DNA from: a virus
Taxonomy: Duplodnaviria > Heunggongvirae > Uroviricota > Caudoviricetes
Direction: 5' to 3' (one strand)
Length of the DNA stretch: 64,000 bases
IMG/VR virus record: IMGVR_UViG_3300042885_000900
Shown: positions 38,671 through 50,057 of the stretch, piece after piece
Position numbering within the stretch: position 1 is the stretch's first letter
How the letters are laid out: the number at the start of each line of letters is the position of its first letter
Notes under the pieces: generated by a model
Seen by the model: the letters and a program-made list of their open reading frames with translations, nothing else
The model's database searches: none
Told to the model about the DNA's origin: nothing
Translations under genes and position numbers: made by a program

Positions 38671-41253
38671 TTATGGGTAAATCATAATTAGTTCTAAATA
38701 ACCGGTAGATTGTTGTCCGTATAATTTATTACCAATTGCAAATATTAAATTATATTCCGTTGTAAATGATTGGAAGACCGTCCCATCGGAATTTAAAATT
38801 ATCCAATTTAATGATGGTGTACCATTATATGAAGTAAAAGTACCCCAAAGTAATAATTTATTTGTCCATATTATTGTACAGTAAGAACTAAGGTCTGCTG
38901 TTCCACCTGATAATCCGGTACCACTATTAAAACTAGGGTCAATAGTTCCATCAGACATTAATTTAAGAATTCTGTTGACAGGTGTTCCATTGTACATAGT
39001 AAATCCTCCACCATTGTAATTAGTACCAACAACATAAAAGGATGTTTCTCCGGATATTCGAAAAGTATTAATTGCTTCCTCTCCGTAACTATTAAACCCT
39101 GTACCATAATTAAAACTATCGTCTTTATATCCATTAGATTGTAATTTAATAATATGGTTTGCAGAAATACCACTAAACGACGTGAAATACCCCGTAACAT
39201 ACATAGAATCATCAGGATTAACTAACACACCTTGAGGGATAGTAGGTGCTCCGGCAAATCCTGTTGTTGCTGAGAAAGTCATATCCATAGTACCACCACT
39301 ACTTAGTTTTGCTAAACCATAGATAGGGGTAGTAACTCCATTATATGTCGAAAAATATCCCGGAACTATAATATTACCCAATGAATCAATTCCCGGTACC
39401 GCCGTATAAAAACCGTTAAATCCTGAACCCATAACAAAAGTGTTATCAATACTACCATCAACATTTAATCTAACGATTCTATTTTTGGATACACCACTAT
39501 ATGATGTTAAAAATCCTGTCGCAATTATCTTACCGTCAGGTTGTTGTATGATTGATTCACCATTGTAAAAATAGTCATATGGACCAGCAAATCCTGTACC
39601 ACCAGTAAATGAATAATCAATTGTTAAATCTTGATTTAATTTTATTATACCTCCAGCAGGAACCACATTATTTTCACTATAACCTGTATATGCACCATAG
39701 AAATATCCGCTAGTGGAATTATCAATAAAATCAATTAAATAGGCTGAGTCGTTAGGTTCAAATCTATATTGAGGTGTTGGTGACGGTGTCATTGTTTGAG
39801 TTGGAGTTATTGTTGGTGTCAAAGTCGGAGTTTGTGTTGGTGTTTGACTCGGTATGGGTAACGAACCACTAATGTCAAAAGGACAAGTAAGATTAAAAGC
39901 CGATATAGTGTGAGGAGTATTTGCATAATAACTACTAATATATCCTTTATATCCGTCTTTAAACAGTATTCTAGGCCCACTACCCATATTAATACTTCCA
40001 CTAAGGTTGAGTGTTTGAGTTGAGGTTATACCCGTTATATTATAAGGACTTGATAAAGTATATCTAATTAGATTATTACCACTATTAAACGTAAATAGAT
40101 ACAAACCGTTATTTTGAAAATTAAAATCAGAGACAAATCCGGTCGCAGAGGTAGAGGTTAACGTACCACCAATTATATCCCAAGCACTTGTTAATGTGTA
40201 TTTCTTTAAACCTCCGGTCCCTAATAATACCATAGTTAACCCATCAGGAGTAAATTTAACAACACTTAAACTTGTGCCATATGTTGTAGCTGACGCACTA
40301 AGACTCATTGTGGTTATATCCCAAGGAGTACTTACCGTAAATTTTCTTAAAACACCTGAACTAGCATTACAAACAAATATTTTTGTACCATCAGGTGAAA
40401 AACAGTGTCCTTGAGCACTACTTACAATAGTGTCGGTATTTATAGATACCGCTGCCGGTATTGCATATACTCCAGATGCAGCCGATTGAAAACCATTTGC
40501 AATTATAGTCGATACATCCCAAGGGGTACCTAAATTATACATTATAATTGGGTCATATCCTGTACTTGAACCTACTCCAGTATTATGTCGTGTGAAATAT
40601 ACTTTTGTACCATCCGGATAAAAAGATGAATAACTATTTTGCATCAAAACAGTATACTTTTCATTATTGTAAATTGTTTGTGGAATACATGCAGATACAT
40701 CAGTCGGAGTTACCGTTGGTGTCAGAGTATTTGTTGGCGTAATTGTTGGTGTTTGAGTATTAGTCGGAGTTGGAGTTATTTCGGATGTTGGACAACTATT
40801 ATCAACACAGACACCATTAATTGAGATTATTACATTTTCATCTGCAAACGGTAATTTACCACAAACATAAAAAGTTGTTGATTGAGGGATAACACCTGTA
40901 AATATAGTTTCGTCACATAGAATATAACCAAAATTTAAATTTCCGGTTCCAACATTAATAAAGGCGATGCAACTACAAGAAAGATTTGTTGGTGTTATTG
41001 TTGGTGTTGGTGTTAGTGTTGGGGTGGGTGTAGGTGTAAAACAGTTAATGTAATTTATTGTTTCACATCCTTTACTGTCGGTAATAACTACTAATAATTG
41101 GTTAACCCCATTTAGTTGTGTAGGTGGCGTTATTGTTATGGGTGCTGAAGTCACACCACTAATCGCAAAATAACAATAAGTATATGTAATATCACATATT
41201 GTGATACTAAATGGTGGATGCCCTACTAAACTAGTTATTTCTATTGATTGCAT
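38671..41253 (-). CDS. Modular virion-type protein: Pro/Thr stalks, beta-propeller (PWD repeats) and delta-60-like repeat domain
   Basis: Three (TP)n tracts; FSPDGTK..PWDIT repeats; QPDGKII, RLNVDGSIDNTF..G.GF repeats. Confidence 0.7.
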   Translation of the reverse strand: MQSIEITSLVGHPPFSITICDITYTYCYFAISGVTSAPITITPPTQLNGVNQLLVVITDSKGCETINYINCFTPTPTPTLTPTPTITPTNLSCSCIAFINVGTGNLNFGYILCDETIFTGVIPQSTTFYVCGKLPFADENVIISINGVCVDNSCPTSEITPTPTNTQTPTITPTNTLTPTVTPTDVSACIPQTIYNNEKYTVLMQNSYSSFYPDGTKVYFTRHNTGVGSSTGYDPIIMYNLGTPWDVSTIIANGFQSAASGVYAIPAAVSINTDTIVSSAQGHCFSPDGTKIFVCNASSGVLRKFTVSTPWDITTMSLSASATTYGTSLSVVKFTPDGLTMVLLGTGGLKKYTLTSAWDIIGGTLTSTSATGFVSDFNFQNNGLYLFTFNSGNNLIRYTLSSPYNITGITSTQTLNLSGSINMGSGPRILFKDGYKGYISSYYANTPHTISAFNLTCPFDISGSLPIPSQTPTQTPTLTPTITPTQTMTPSPTPQYRFEPNDSAYLIDFIDNSTSGYFYGAYTGYSENNVVPAGGIIKLNQDLTIDYSFTGGTGFAGPYDYFYNGESIIQQPDGKIIATGFLTSYSGVSKNRIVRLNVDGSIDNTFVMGSGFNGFYTAVPGIDSLGNIIVPGYFSTYNGVTTPIYGLAKLSSGGTMDMTFSATTGFAGAPTIPQGVLVNPDDSMYVTGYFTSFSGISANHIIKLQSNGYKDDSFNYGTGFNSYGEEAINTFRISGETSFYVVGTNYNGGGFTMYNGTPVNRILKLMSDGTIDPSFNSGTGLSGGTADLSSYCTIIWTNKLLLWGTFTSYNGTPSLNWIILNSDGTVFQSFTTEYNLIFAIGNKLYGQQSTGYLELIMIYP

Positions 41254-41297
41254 ATTGATAAATATAATTATAACCCATTTTAATTAAATTGTTTTTC

Positions 41298-41325
41298 TTG
41301 ACAAACATATTCATTTTGTTATTTT
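41298..41325 (+). promoter_or_regulatory. Sigma70-like promoter for plus-strand glycosyltransferase operon
   Basis: TTGACA-N16-TATTTT with TG extension. Confidence 0.45.
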
Positions 41326-41332
41326 TATATCT

Positions 41333-44050
41333 ATGAAAAAAGTTTTAATTATAACCCCCCATTTAAGTACTGGTGGAGCACCACAAGTAACACTTAATAA
41401 GATAAAGTTATTAAAGAACGATTATATTATTAAATGTGTTGAATATTCTTTGGTTGCGTGGAACTATGTGGTTCAACGAAATCAAATTGAAAATATGTTA
41501 TTAGATAATTTCCACCCATTAGGAGATAATAAATCTGAACTTATTAATATTTTAAAAGATTTTAATCCTGATGTTGTTAGTATGGAAGAATTCCCTGAAT
41601 TCTTTATGGACGATGAAATAACAAAAGAAATATATAAGCAAGACCGTAGATACACTATTTTTGAAACTACCCACGATTCTAGCTTTCCTGTTACATCAAA
41701 AAGATTTTTTCCTGATAAATTCATATTTGTAAGTGCGTTTAACGCCTTTAGATATTCTATCTTTGATATTCCATATGAAATAATAGAATATCCTGTAGAT
41801 GTCAAAATAAAAAACCAAAAAGAGAATCAAGAGAAATTAGATTTAAACCCTAATTGGAAACATGTGGTTAATGTTGGTTTATTTACCGCTAGAAAAAACC
41901 AAAAATATCTTTTTGAGATTGCCGAATACTTAAAGAATTATAAAATTAAATTTCATTTTATTGGGAATCAAGCGGACAACTTTAAAGATTATTGGGGACC
42001 ATTGATAACTAACAAACCAAAGAATGCCATTATATGGGGTGAAAGAAATGATGTGGGTAGTTTTATTCAAGCATCCGATGTATTTTTCTTTTCATCAAAA
42101 GGTGACCGAAATAATAAGGAATTAAACCCTATCGCCATTAAAGAGGCTTTAGAGTATAAGATACCGATGATGATGTATAATTTGGAGGTTTATTGTGATA
42201 AATACAATGATAAAGAATCAATAATCTTTTTAACCGGAGATATAAAACAAGATTCCGAAAACTTATTAAACATATTAGGTCTTGAGATTGACAATAATTT
42301 AATCTCATCCATAAATGATGATGAAGTAATTATTATCAGTACTTACCCCGACACCATTAAACGCAAAAATCTAACGATTGAGTGTATAGAAAGTTTCAAA
42401 AAATTAGGTAGAAAAATTATATTAGTTTCTCATTATCCGGTACCAAATGAAATACAGGAGATGGCGGATTATTATATATTTGACTCAAATAATTTAATGA
42501 TACCTCATTCATATTATACTCACTTCTATAATAATACAGACCAATATAATACTCAAATAAACATCAATGGGTTATCAAATTCAAATCAATCTTTGGCGGT
42601 ACACATGAATTTTATGAATGGTGCTAAATTGGCTAAAGATATTGGTGCAACCAAATTTATGATAATCACTTATGATGTTATTCTAAATGATTTAGACATA
42701 CCATTAATTGAAGAATATTTTAATAAATTAACAACTTGGAACTGTTGTTTATCCTATATGGATAATGGTATTGAAACGACATCAATGGTGTTTAAAACCA
42801 GTTATTTTCTAAATACTTTTTTAGATATTAATGATGAAGTTACCTTTAATAATCATTGTTTAGAATTAAAATGTCACAATTTTTTAGAAAATTACTATAT
42901 GAAAATTTTAGAAGGTAAAGAAAATATTTGGATTGAATATAATAATAAAAAAACAATATTACCGAATTCAGGTTTGGGGGTATCATCTAATTCTGAATAT
43001 TATTCAATTTTACCAGTTAATGATACTAAAAATAGGTGGGTGTTTTATTTTTATACATATAATATTGATAATCGTAGATTGGAATTATCAATTAATAAAT
43101 CGGGTAAAAACATCTTTAATGATTCTATAATTATTTCCGAACATAAGTTAGATTTAGTAACCAATAGAGCAAAATATTTTAAACATATCGATTATGATGG
43201 AGAACCTATTGAAATTATCATTTCATTTTATGATGGAAATAATTTACATAAAACAGAAACTTACGAATTAAATGATGTAACAATTCACGAATATCGTAAT
43301 AACGGGTTCTTTAAAGAAATTAATATTAACCAATCTTTAAAATATAATGTTAAAGTATTACATTTACAAACAACCATAGACGACAGTAGAGAGCAACTAT
43401 CAAGAGAATCTGTTAAAAGAGTTTGTGATTTTGGGTTTAATTATGTATTACATCAAAATGAGGTGTTTTCATCATTACCACCATCACATAATTGTTTAAG
43501 ACCTCATAATGTTAGATTAGAAAAATATACTAATATTAACGACCCTGAATACGGGAATGCTTTAACCCCAACTCATTATGGATGTTTTGAATCATTCAAA
43601 TTGGGGATTATGTCTGAATTTGATAAAGATTTAGATTTTCTAATTGTGTGTGAAGGAGATTGTATAATTGAGGTCCCTATGGAGGAATTTGTAAATAAAG
43701 TCAATCAAGTTTGTGAAATCATTAATAATGAAGATATATCTTATTTCTCATTTGGAGATACTAAAACATTAGATTTTGGGTGGCATCAATCTGATGTGGT
43801 TAGAGAAATACCTAATCAAGATTTACTTTTTATTACTGATAAAATAATTGGTTTGCAATGTATCATGTTTCCAATAAAAACTAAAGAATACCTTATCAAT
43901 AAATTAAGAACCGAAAAATGGGATTGTATGGACACATTTTTTAATATAATTTTTTCAGGTAAAAATATGGGGATACTAAAAAATAGAATAACAACTCAAT
44001 CAGACGGATATTCTTTAATTGATAAAGAATTAAAAACATTTATAAAATAA
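41333..44050 (+). CDS. Multidomain glycosyltransferase (GT4/GT-B plus two GT-A-like domains)
   Basis: HLSTGGAP, VGLF..RKNQ, ELNPIAIKEAL; central IISTYP..ILVSH; C-terminal GCF.S..IVCEGD (GT25-like). Confidence 0.75.
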   Translation: MKKVLIITPHLSTGGAPQVTLNKIKLLKNDYIIKCVEYSLVAWNYVVQRNQIENMLLDNFHPLGDNKSELINILKDFNPDVVSMEEFPEFFMDDEITKEIYKQDRRYTIFETTHDSSFPVTSKRFFPDKFIFVSAFNAFRYSIFDIPYEIIEYPVDVKIKNQKENQEKLDLNPNWKHVVNVGLFTARKNQKYLFEIAEYLKNYKIKFHFIGNQADNFKDYWGPLITNKPKNAIIWGERNDVGSFIQASDVFFFSSKGDRNNKELNPIAIKEALEYKIPMMMYNLEVYCDKYNDKESIIFLTGDIKQDSENLLNILGLEIDNNLISSINDDEVIIISTYPDTIKRKNLTIECIESFKKLGRKIILVSHYPVPNEIQEMADYYIFDSNNLMIPHSYYTHFYNNTDQYNTQININGLSNSNQSLAVHMNFMNGAKLAKDIGATKFMIITYDVILNDLDIPLIEEYFNKLTTWNCCLSYMDNGIETTSMVFKTSYFLNTFLDINDEVTFNNHCLELKCHNFLENYYMKILEGKENIWIEYNNKKTILPNSGLGVSSNSEYYSILPVNDTKNRWVFYFYTYNIDNRRLELSINKSGKNIFNDSIIISEHKLDLVTNRAKYFKHIDYDGEPIEIIISFYDGNNLHKTETYELNDVTIHEYRNNGFFKEININQSLKYNVKVLHLQTTIDDSREQLSRESVKRVCDFGFNYVLHQNEVFSSLPPSHNCLRPHNVRLEKYTNINDPEYGNALTPTHYGCFESFKLGIMSEFDKDLDFLIVCEGDCIIEVPMEEFVNKVNQVCEIINNEDISYFSFGDTKTLDFGWHQSDVVREIPNQDLLFITDKIIGLQCIMFPIKTKEYLINKLRTEKWDCMDTFFNIIFSGKNMGILKNRITTQSDGYSLIDKELKTFIK

Positions 44051-44054
44051 TAAA

Positions 44055-45218
44055 ATGGAAATAACTGGAAGTCATATTTATAAAAATTTAAAAATATCCC
44101 AACATGATTCAATATCGGAAAGTTTTGAAGAACTAATCATTTCTCTCAAACCTAGTCAAATTTTAGAAATAGGTACTTTTGGGGGTGGATTAACTTTATT
44201 AATTAGAGATTTATTAGATAATAACGGATTAAAAAATACTAGATTAATAACCTACGATATTAACACACCTTCCCATCTTATGGATTATGTGAGAGAAGGT
44301 TCAAAGATAGATGTTAGAGTTAAAAATATTTTCAATTCCGATTATAATGGTTTAATTGATGAACAGGAGATAATAGATATTATACAATCAAATGGGACAA
44401 CATTAGTTTTATGTGATGGGGGTAATAAAATAAATGAATTTAAAATATTGTCAAATTATTTAAAAGTTGGTGATGTAATTATGGCACATGATTACTCCCC
44501 AAATGAAGAACATTTTCAAAAACATATTAATAATCAAATATGGAATTGGTTTGAAATACAAGATTCAGATATTATTGACTCTTGTATTAAAAATAGTTTA
44601 ATCTCTTATATGGAAGAAAAATTTAGAAATGTTGTTTGGGTTTGTAAAATCAAATCACAAGTTTTGTTATCTATTTTAGTATGTTCTTTACTTGAGAGAA
44701 ATAATACATTTTTAAATAAATTAATTAATTCGGTTGAATCTCAAATCGGTGATAATCCGGTAGAATTTTTAGTATTTTCGGATAACGCGAAAAGGTCTAT
44801 TGGTGCAAAAAGAAATGATTTATTAAGATTATCAAAAGGAAAGTATGTTTCATTCATTGATGATGATGACCGAATTTCCGATACATACATTAAAGATATT
44901 CTTAACGAAATTGTTAATTGGTCACCAGATGTTATCGTTTTTGATGCGGAAATTTCATTTAATGGTTCTAACAATAAATTAGTTAAATATGGTAGGGAAT
45001 ACGATTATTGTGAAAAATCCGATGCGTATTATAGACACCCAAATCATTTAATGGTTCATAAAAAAGAAAATATTACCGAATTTTTTAACAACATTAATTT
45101 TGGTGAAGACGATGAATGGGCGTCGAGAATGTTACCAAGAATCGTAACACAGTCAAGAATAAATAAAATTTTATATTTTTACGATTACAACACCTCAACT
45201 AAAAAAATAATTAAATGA
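44055..45218 (+). CDS. SAM-dependent methyltransferase fused to GT2 glycosyltransferase
   Basis: ILEIGTFGGG, DGG, AHD; LSILVC, IGAKRN, FIDDDD, GED. Confidence 0.8.
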   Translation: MEITGSHIYKNLKISQHDSISESFEELIISLKPSQILEIGTFGGGLTLLIRDLLDNNGLKNTRLITYDINTPSHLMDYVREGSKIDVRVKNIFNSDYNGLIDEQEIIDIIQSNGTTLVLCDGGNKINEFKILSNYLKVGDVIMAHDYSPNEEHFQKHINNQIWNWFEIQDSDIIDSCIKNSLISYMEEKFRNVVWVCKIKSQVLLSILVCSLLERNNTFLNKLINSVESQIGDNPVEFLVFSDNAKRSIGAKRNDLLRLSKGKYVSFIDDDDRISDTYIKDILNEIVNWSPDVIVFDAEISFNGSNNKLVKYGREYDYCEKSDAYYRHPNHLMVHKKENITEFFNNINFGEDDEWASRMLPRIVTQSRINKILYFYDYNTSTKKIIK

Positions 45219-45844
45219 TGGAAAGATTTAATATTATAAATTACTTGATAGAAAACAATAATTATAAAAGTTTTTTGGAAATTGGGACTCAGGAGCGTAT
45301 CAATTTATCCAAAATAATTATTGATAAAAAAATTAGTGTTGACCCAGACCCAAATGTTAATAGTGATTTTAATATATCTTCCGATGATTTTTTTAAACAA
45401 AATATGGATAAATTTGATATTATTTTTATAGATGGACTACATCATGCCGATTTTGCGTATAGAGATATAATAAATTCATTAAAAATATTAAATAAAGACG
45501 GTTGCATTGTTGTTCACGATGTTATACCACATTCATATGAAAGCCAACTAATCCCGTTAGAAAAAACATTGTTAAACGGTACATCAATATGGAATGGTGA
45601 TGTTTGGAAAACATGGATTAAATTAAGAACTGAAAGAAAAGATTTAATGATGAAAGTTGTGAATACCGACCACGGATGTGGTATCATACATTTAACAAAC
45701 TATAATAACGGAGATTTTTTAGAATCTTACAATAATGGCTATTATGAATATAATAAAGAACTTATATTATCATCATTAAATCTAATTTCTTCTGACAAAT
45801 TTTTAACATTATTTAAAACCCCAATTTCTAAACAATATGATTAA
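45215..45844 (+). CDS. Class I SAM-dependent methyltransferase
   Basis: FLEIG, VDP, FDIIFIDGLH, IVVHD, WNGDVWK. Confidence 0.85.
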   Translation: MMERFNIINYLIENNNYKSFLEIGTQERINLSKIIIDKKISVDPDPNVNSDFNISSDDFFKQNMDKFDIIFIDGLHHADFAYRDIINSLKILNKDGCIVVHDVIPHSYESQLIPLEKTLLNGTSIWNGDVWKTWIKLRTERKDLMMKVVNTDHGCGIIHLTNYNNGDFLESYNNGYYEYNKELILSSLNLISSDKFLTLFKTPISKQYD

Positions 45845-48698
45845 TAATATTTTTAACATAGATAAAAATACCATATCTATTGATGTGATTTGTTTATCAA
45901 ACACTAAAGATAAAAGTTTTTATAATTTAACAAAACAGACATTAGACACCCTTTTACTAACCAAAGGGGGGTATGTTTTTAACATAAAATTAATAGAATC
46001 TAATATTGAATCTAAATTTATTTATGATTATCCGAATTTAAATGTTATCACACCAAATGAAAAATTTAATTATAATAAATTCTTAAATATTGGGTTGTCA
46101 TATTGTGAAAGTGAATGGATATTAATTATCAATAATGATTTAATATTTACTGAAGATTGGTTAAATAACATATTAATTGAATATTCTTTAAATCCTAACA
46201 TAAAATCTTTTTCACCCTTTGAACCTGAATGGGTTCAAAATTATTATAATGGTTCATTTAAAGAGGGTAATGTTTTTTTAGGTTATAATCCTTGTGTTGA
46301 GTTATACGGGTGGTGTATATTAGTTAAGAAAGAAGTAATAGATTTAATAGGCGGGTTTGATGAACAATTTGAATTTTATTATCAAGATAATGATTATGGT
46401 TTAACTTTACAAAAGCACAATATTCCACATGCTTTAATTAAAAATTCTATAGTTTATCATTTAGTATCTAAAAGCCATGAATTAATACCGAATGATAAAC
46501 ACAAGTCAAACACAAGAATAATGGAAAAATTATTTAGAAATAAATGGGAAAAATGGGAAAAAATAAATAACTATATGAGAATAACACAAGTAACTCCGGG
46601 AGTAATCCCAATACCCCCTAATGGATGGGGAGCCGTCGAAAAAATATTATGGTGCTACCATAACGAATTTAATTCTTTGGGTCACGAATGTACTATAAAA
46701 TATTTAAATGAGGCGTCTACCGATAATTCGGATATTATACATATCCATATTGCCAATTTAGCATTAGATGCTGCGGAAAGAGGTGTCCCTTACATCTTTT
46801 CATTACACGACCATCATGTTGTTCATTATGGAAAAGATTCATTTAACTATCGTCAAAATTTAGAAGCAATACAAAAATCCGTAATTTCATTTTGTCACGC
46901 AGAATATTTAGTTGATTACTTTGAAGGGACTGATAAATTATTCTATCTATCTCATGGAGTGGAAGTTGATTATTTTAAAGTCGATAATTTATATAGAGAA
47001 GAACATAAATTACTTTGTATTGCTAATAATGGTATTGGAGGTGACTCCTCGTTTGATAGAAAAGGGTTTAGATACGCAATAGAATCTGCAAAAAAATTAA
47101 ATCTTCCAATAACAATTGCCGGACCGGAAAACAATAAATTATTTTTTCAACACCACCCTGACTTATTAGAATACGAAAAATTAACGCTATTATTAACCAA
47201 TTTAAGTGAAGATGAAATTTTAGAGTTATATAAATCACACTCAATATTTTTACACCCATCCATATTGGAAGCTGGTCACCCAAATTTAACATTATTAGAG
47301 GCTGTCTCTTGTGGACTTCCTGTTGTTGGAACTTACGAGGGGTCTCAAAAGATTGACGGTATGATTATATCCGAAAGAAATTCTGATTTAGTTGCGAATG
47401 CTATCTCGGAAATAATAAATCAATATAAACATTATGTTGATTTAACCCAAAACAATAGAACTAAATTTGATTGGACAACTATTTGTAAAAGAATGGTTAA
47501 AATGTATGAGGTGGTTACCTCAATAAAAAAGGAATACTCATCTGAAGAAACCAAAAATTTATTTATAAAAAATTTTAACAATATAACGAAAACAATGGGA
47601 TTAATAAACTCAAATAACCAAAATGTAAAACCAGATGTAAAATATAATTTTCATTTTGTTAATCAACCTTTTTTTGAAATATTAGGTGATAGTGATAAAA
47701 AATTTAATGTTGAATTTTATGATAGTAGTGGATTGCATCATCACACAGAATTATCGTCAAATATGTGGACTAAAGTAAGTCGAGAATACTTTACAAATTG
47801 GTATATCAAAGTTTCTTGTGATAATGATATTGTTTTTGAATATAACCTTGATTTAACAAATAGAAGAGTTTTCATTTCTTTTGAATCTAGTTCATTGGGA
47901 GATAGTATTGCTTGGATACCTTATGTTTTAGAATTTAAAAAACAACATAATTGTATTGTAATTGTCTCAACTTTTTGGAATAAATTATTTAAAAAATCCT
48001 ATCCTGAATTAGAGTTTATTGAACCGGGTTCAACGGTACATAATTTATTTGCCTTATACAGAATTGGGTGGTTTGAAAACGAAACAAAAGAACCGTTTTA
48101 CCCTAATACAATACCATTACAAAAAACAATCACAAATCTTTTAAAATTAGAACATTCCGAAATTAAAGCAACACTTGATTTTACACCTAAAGTAAAACCT
48201 ATGGTTGAGAAGTATATAACAATTGCCGATGAATCAACCGCAGGATTAAAACTATGGAATAACCCAAAAGGGTGGCAAGAACTTATTGATTATTTAACTG
48301 GATTAGGTTATAAAATTATTAATATATCTAAACACGGTGGAAATTATAAAAATGTTACAAAATTAAAAGACACATCAATAGAGAATACAATGAACTATAT
48401 TCACCATAGTGAATTCTTTATTGGGTTATCAAGTGGATTGTCTTGGCTTTCATGGGCGTTAGGAAAACATGTTGTTATGATTTCTAATTTTACCGAATCT
48501 AACCATGAATTTACCACAAACTGTACTAGAATTACAAATGATTCTGTATGTAATGGATGTTGGAATAAGTCAGAATTTAGATTTGACCGTGGTGATTGGA
48601 ATTGGTGTCCCGAAAATAAAGGAACACCTCGTCAGTTTGAGTGTCACAAATCAATAACCTCTGAAATGGTGATAAAACAGATACAACATTTATTATAA
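45837..48698 (+). CDS. Triple glycosyltransferase fusion: GT2 + GT4 + autotransporter-type (AAH/TibC-like) heptosyltransferase
   Basis: NNDL..GGFDEQF..YQDND; IPPNGWGAVE..EAGHPNLTLLEA; SLGDSIAW, FIGLSSGLSWL, C-x2-C-x15-C-x11-C. Confidence 0.82.
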   Translation: MINNIFNIDKNTISIDVICLSNTKDKSFYNLTKQTLDTLLLTKGGYVFNIKLIESNIESKFIYDYPNLNVITPNEKFNYNKFLNIGLSYCESEWILIINNDLIFTEDWLNNILIEYSLNPNIKSFSPFEPEWVQNYYNGSFKEGNVFLGYNPCVELYGWCILVKKEVIDLIGGFDEQFEFYYQDNDYGLTLQKHNIPHALIKNSIVYHLVSKSHELIPNDKHKSNTRIMEKLFRNKWEKWEKINNYMRITQVTPGVIPIPPNGWGAVEKILWCYHNEFNSLGHECTIKYLNEASTDNSDIIHIHIANLALDAAERGVPYIFSLHDHHVVHYGKDSFNYRQNLEAIQKSVISFCHAEYLVDYFEGTDKLFYLSHGVEVDYFKVDNLYREEHKLLCIANNGIGGDSSFDRKGFRYAIESAKKLNLPITIAGPENNKLFFQHHPDLLEYEKLTLLLTNLSEDEILELYKSHSIFLHPSILEAGHPNLTLLEAVSCGLPVVGTYEGSQKIDGMIISERNSDLVANAISEIINQYKHYVDLTQNNRTKFDWTTICKRMVKMYEVVTSIKKEYSSEETKNLFIKNFNNITKTMGLINSNNQNVKPDVKYNFHFVNQPFFEILGDSDKKFNVEFYDSSGLHHHTELSSNMWTKVSREYFTNWYIKVSCDNDIVFEYNLDLTNRRVFISFESSSLGDSIAWIPYVLEFKKQHNCIVIVSTFWNKLFKKSYPELEFIEPGSTVHNLFALYRIGWFENETKEPFYPNTIPLQKTITNLLKLEHSEIKATLDFTPKVKPMVEKYITIADESTAGLKLWNNPKGWQELIDYLTGLGYKIINISKHGGNYKNVTKLKDTSIENTMNYIHHSEFFIGLSSGLSWLSWALGKHVVMISNFTESNHEFTTNCTRITNDSVCNGCWNKSEFRFDRGDWNWCPENKGTPRQFECHKSITSEMVIKQIQHLL

Positions 48699-48699
48699 C

Positions 48700-48725
48700 A
48701 AAAAACCCCAATTAAGGGGTTTTTT
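48700..48725. terminator. Bidirectional intrinsic terminator
   Basis: AAAAAACCCC-AATTAA-GGGGTTTTTT between convergent genes. Confidence 0.8.
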
Positions 48726-49600
48726 TATTGTTTTCTAATTGAATCTATAATTTGATTTACATCAAAAATTTCATTTAAATCATTATACGGAATACTTGTC
48801 ATATCTTGGAATAATAAATATTTAGAATAATGACTATGGTCTAACATAATCTCTTTTGTTGGGGTATTTGCCGTTATATTTGTATTGGTGTGATATCCGA
48901 AAACATTGGGGTTAGTTCCAACCCAAGTAACAACCGATGGTAAATTTAATGCCATCGCAATGTGCATAACGCTTGAATCTATTAACAATCGTTTTTTAGA
49001 TAAACTTAATAGAATTGCTATACTCCTAAAATCGTCTAACGCTTGTAATGTATCTTCATAAACAAATTGGTCTTCCCTTTTAATGTGGAGAATTACGTAA
49101 TCATTTTTAAAATATCTAATCACTTCCTCTATTGTTGGTTGAGGTATATCACGAGTCCAACTATATTTTAATGGTTGTCCAGCCGCTCCACCGTTTGGTT
49201 GGATAACCATAATTGGTTTATCCACTTTATAGAATTGCGTGAAGTATTGTTTTTCAGCTTCAGATATAAAAATTTCAGGTAATTCTCCTCTATATTCAAC
49301 CTTGAACATTTCACACCAAATTTGAATTAAATGTTTGGATTCTGTAATGTAATCTGATGTTTGATATGGTTCACCAACAAACACTTTAGATTCTTGGTTC
49401 ATAATGTATTTAGCGTAAATACCCGATAATTGACCGTGATTTAATACCTTGTTCATATTTGGATTGTTAATAAAAATATCCGGAAAACCAGTTACTACAA
49501 TTATATAATCGTCAGGGTATTGTCTTCTAATGGCTTTTAATACGGCGGTTCCCATTACACTTTTTCCGAGACCACCTTCTATTGAAAATATTATATTCAT
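48725..49600 (-). CDS. GT9-like (heptosyltransferase-fold) glycosyltransferase
   Basis: GGLGK, F.NNP, IDSSVMHIAMALNLPSVV.W. Confidence 0.7.
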   Translation of the reverse strand: MNIIFSIEGGLGKSVMGTAVLKAIRRQYPDDYIIVVTGFPDIFINNPNMNKVLNHGQLSGIYAKYIMNQESKVFVGEPYQTSDYITESKHLIQIWCEMFKVEYRGELPEIFISEAEKQYFTQFYKVDKPIMVIQPNGGAAGQPLKYSWTRDIPQPTIEEVIRYFKNDYVILHIKREDQFVYEDTLQALDDFRSIAILLSLSKKRLLIDSSVMHIAMALNLPSVVTWVGTNPNVFGYHTNTNITANTPTKEIMLDHSHYSKYLLFQDMTSIPYNDLNEIFDVNQIIDSIRKQ

Positions 49601-49610
49601 CTTTGTTTTT

Positions 49611-50057
49611 TTAATTGTTTAATATTTTTTTTATACATTCATTAACCCCAATGTTTGTGGTGTCAATATTAATAAAGTTTTCTGTAGGTGATTCATAATC
49701 ATCAACAAACAAATTCTCTCTACCTCTAATTTCTGATGTGTGAACATAAATCTCTGTGATTTTTCTACCCATCTTTTTCTTAAATTCTTCTCTTTGGTCT
49801 TTATAAGGTGATACTAATGAAACAACGACATGAACACTTTTAGAATTAAGGTATTGAGACATTTGTTGAGCGAGTTGTATATTTTTTCTTCTACCCTCTT
49901 CAGAATAATCTTTATTATCAAATAAATCTCTAATATCATCACCATCAATATGGAAACATAATTCTCTTTTAGAATCAACAATTGATGAACATAATTCTTT
50001 CGCCATTGTTGTTTTACCGGCTCCCGGCTGACCTGTTATCCAAAATATATTAGACAT
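49611..50057 (-). CDS. cysC: Adenylyl-sulfate (APS) kinase
   Basis: IFWITGQPGAGKTT, IDGD.IR, GRRKNI, SLVSPY, YESP; start reassigned to ATG 50057, which overlaps the sulfotransferase stop. Confidence 0.88.
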   Translation of the reverse strand: MSNIFWITGQPGAGKTTMAKELCSSIVDSKRELCFHIDGDDIRDLFDNKDYSEEGRRKNIQLAQQMSQYLNSKSVHVVVSLVSPYKDQREEFKKKMGRKITEIYVHTSEIRGRENLFVDDYESPTENFINIDTTNIGVNECIKKILNN

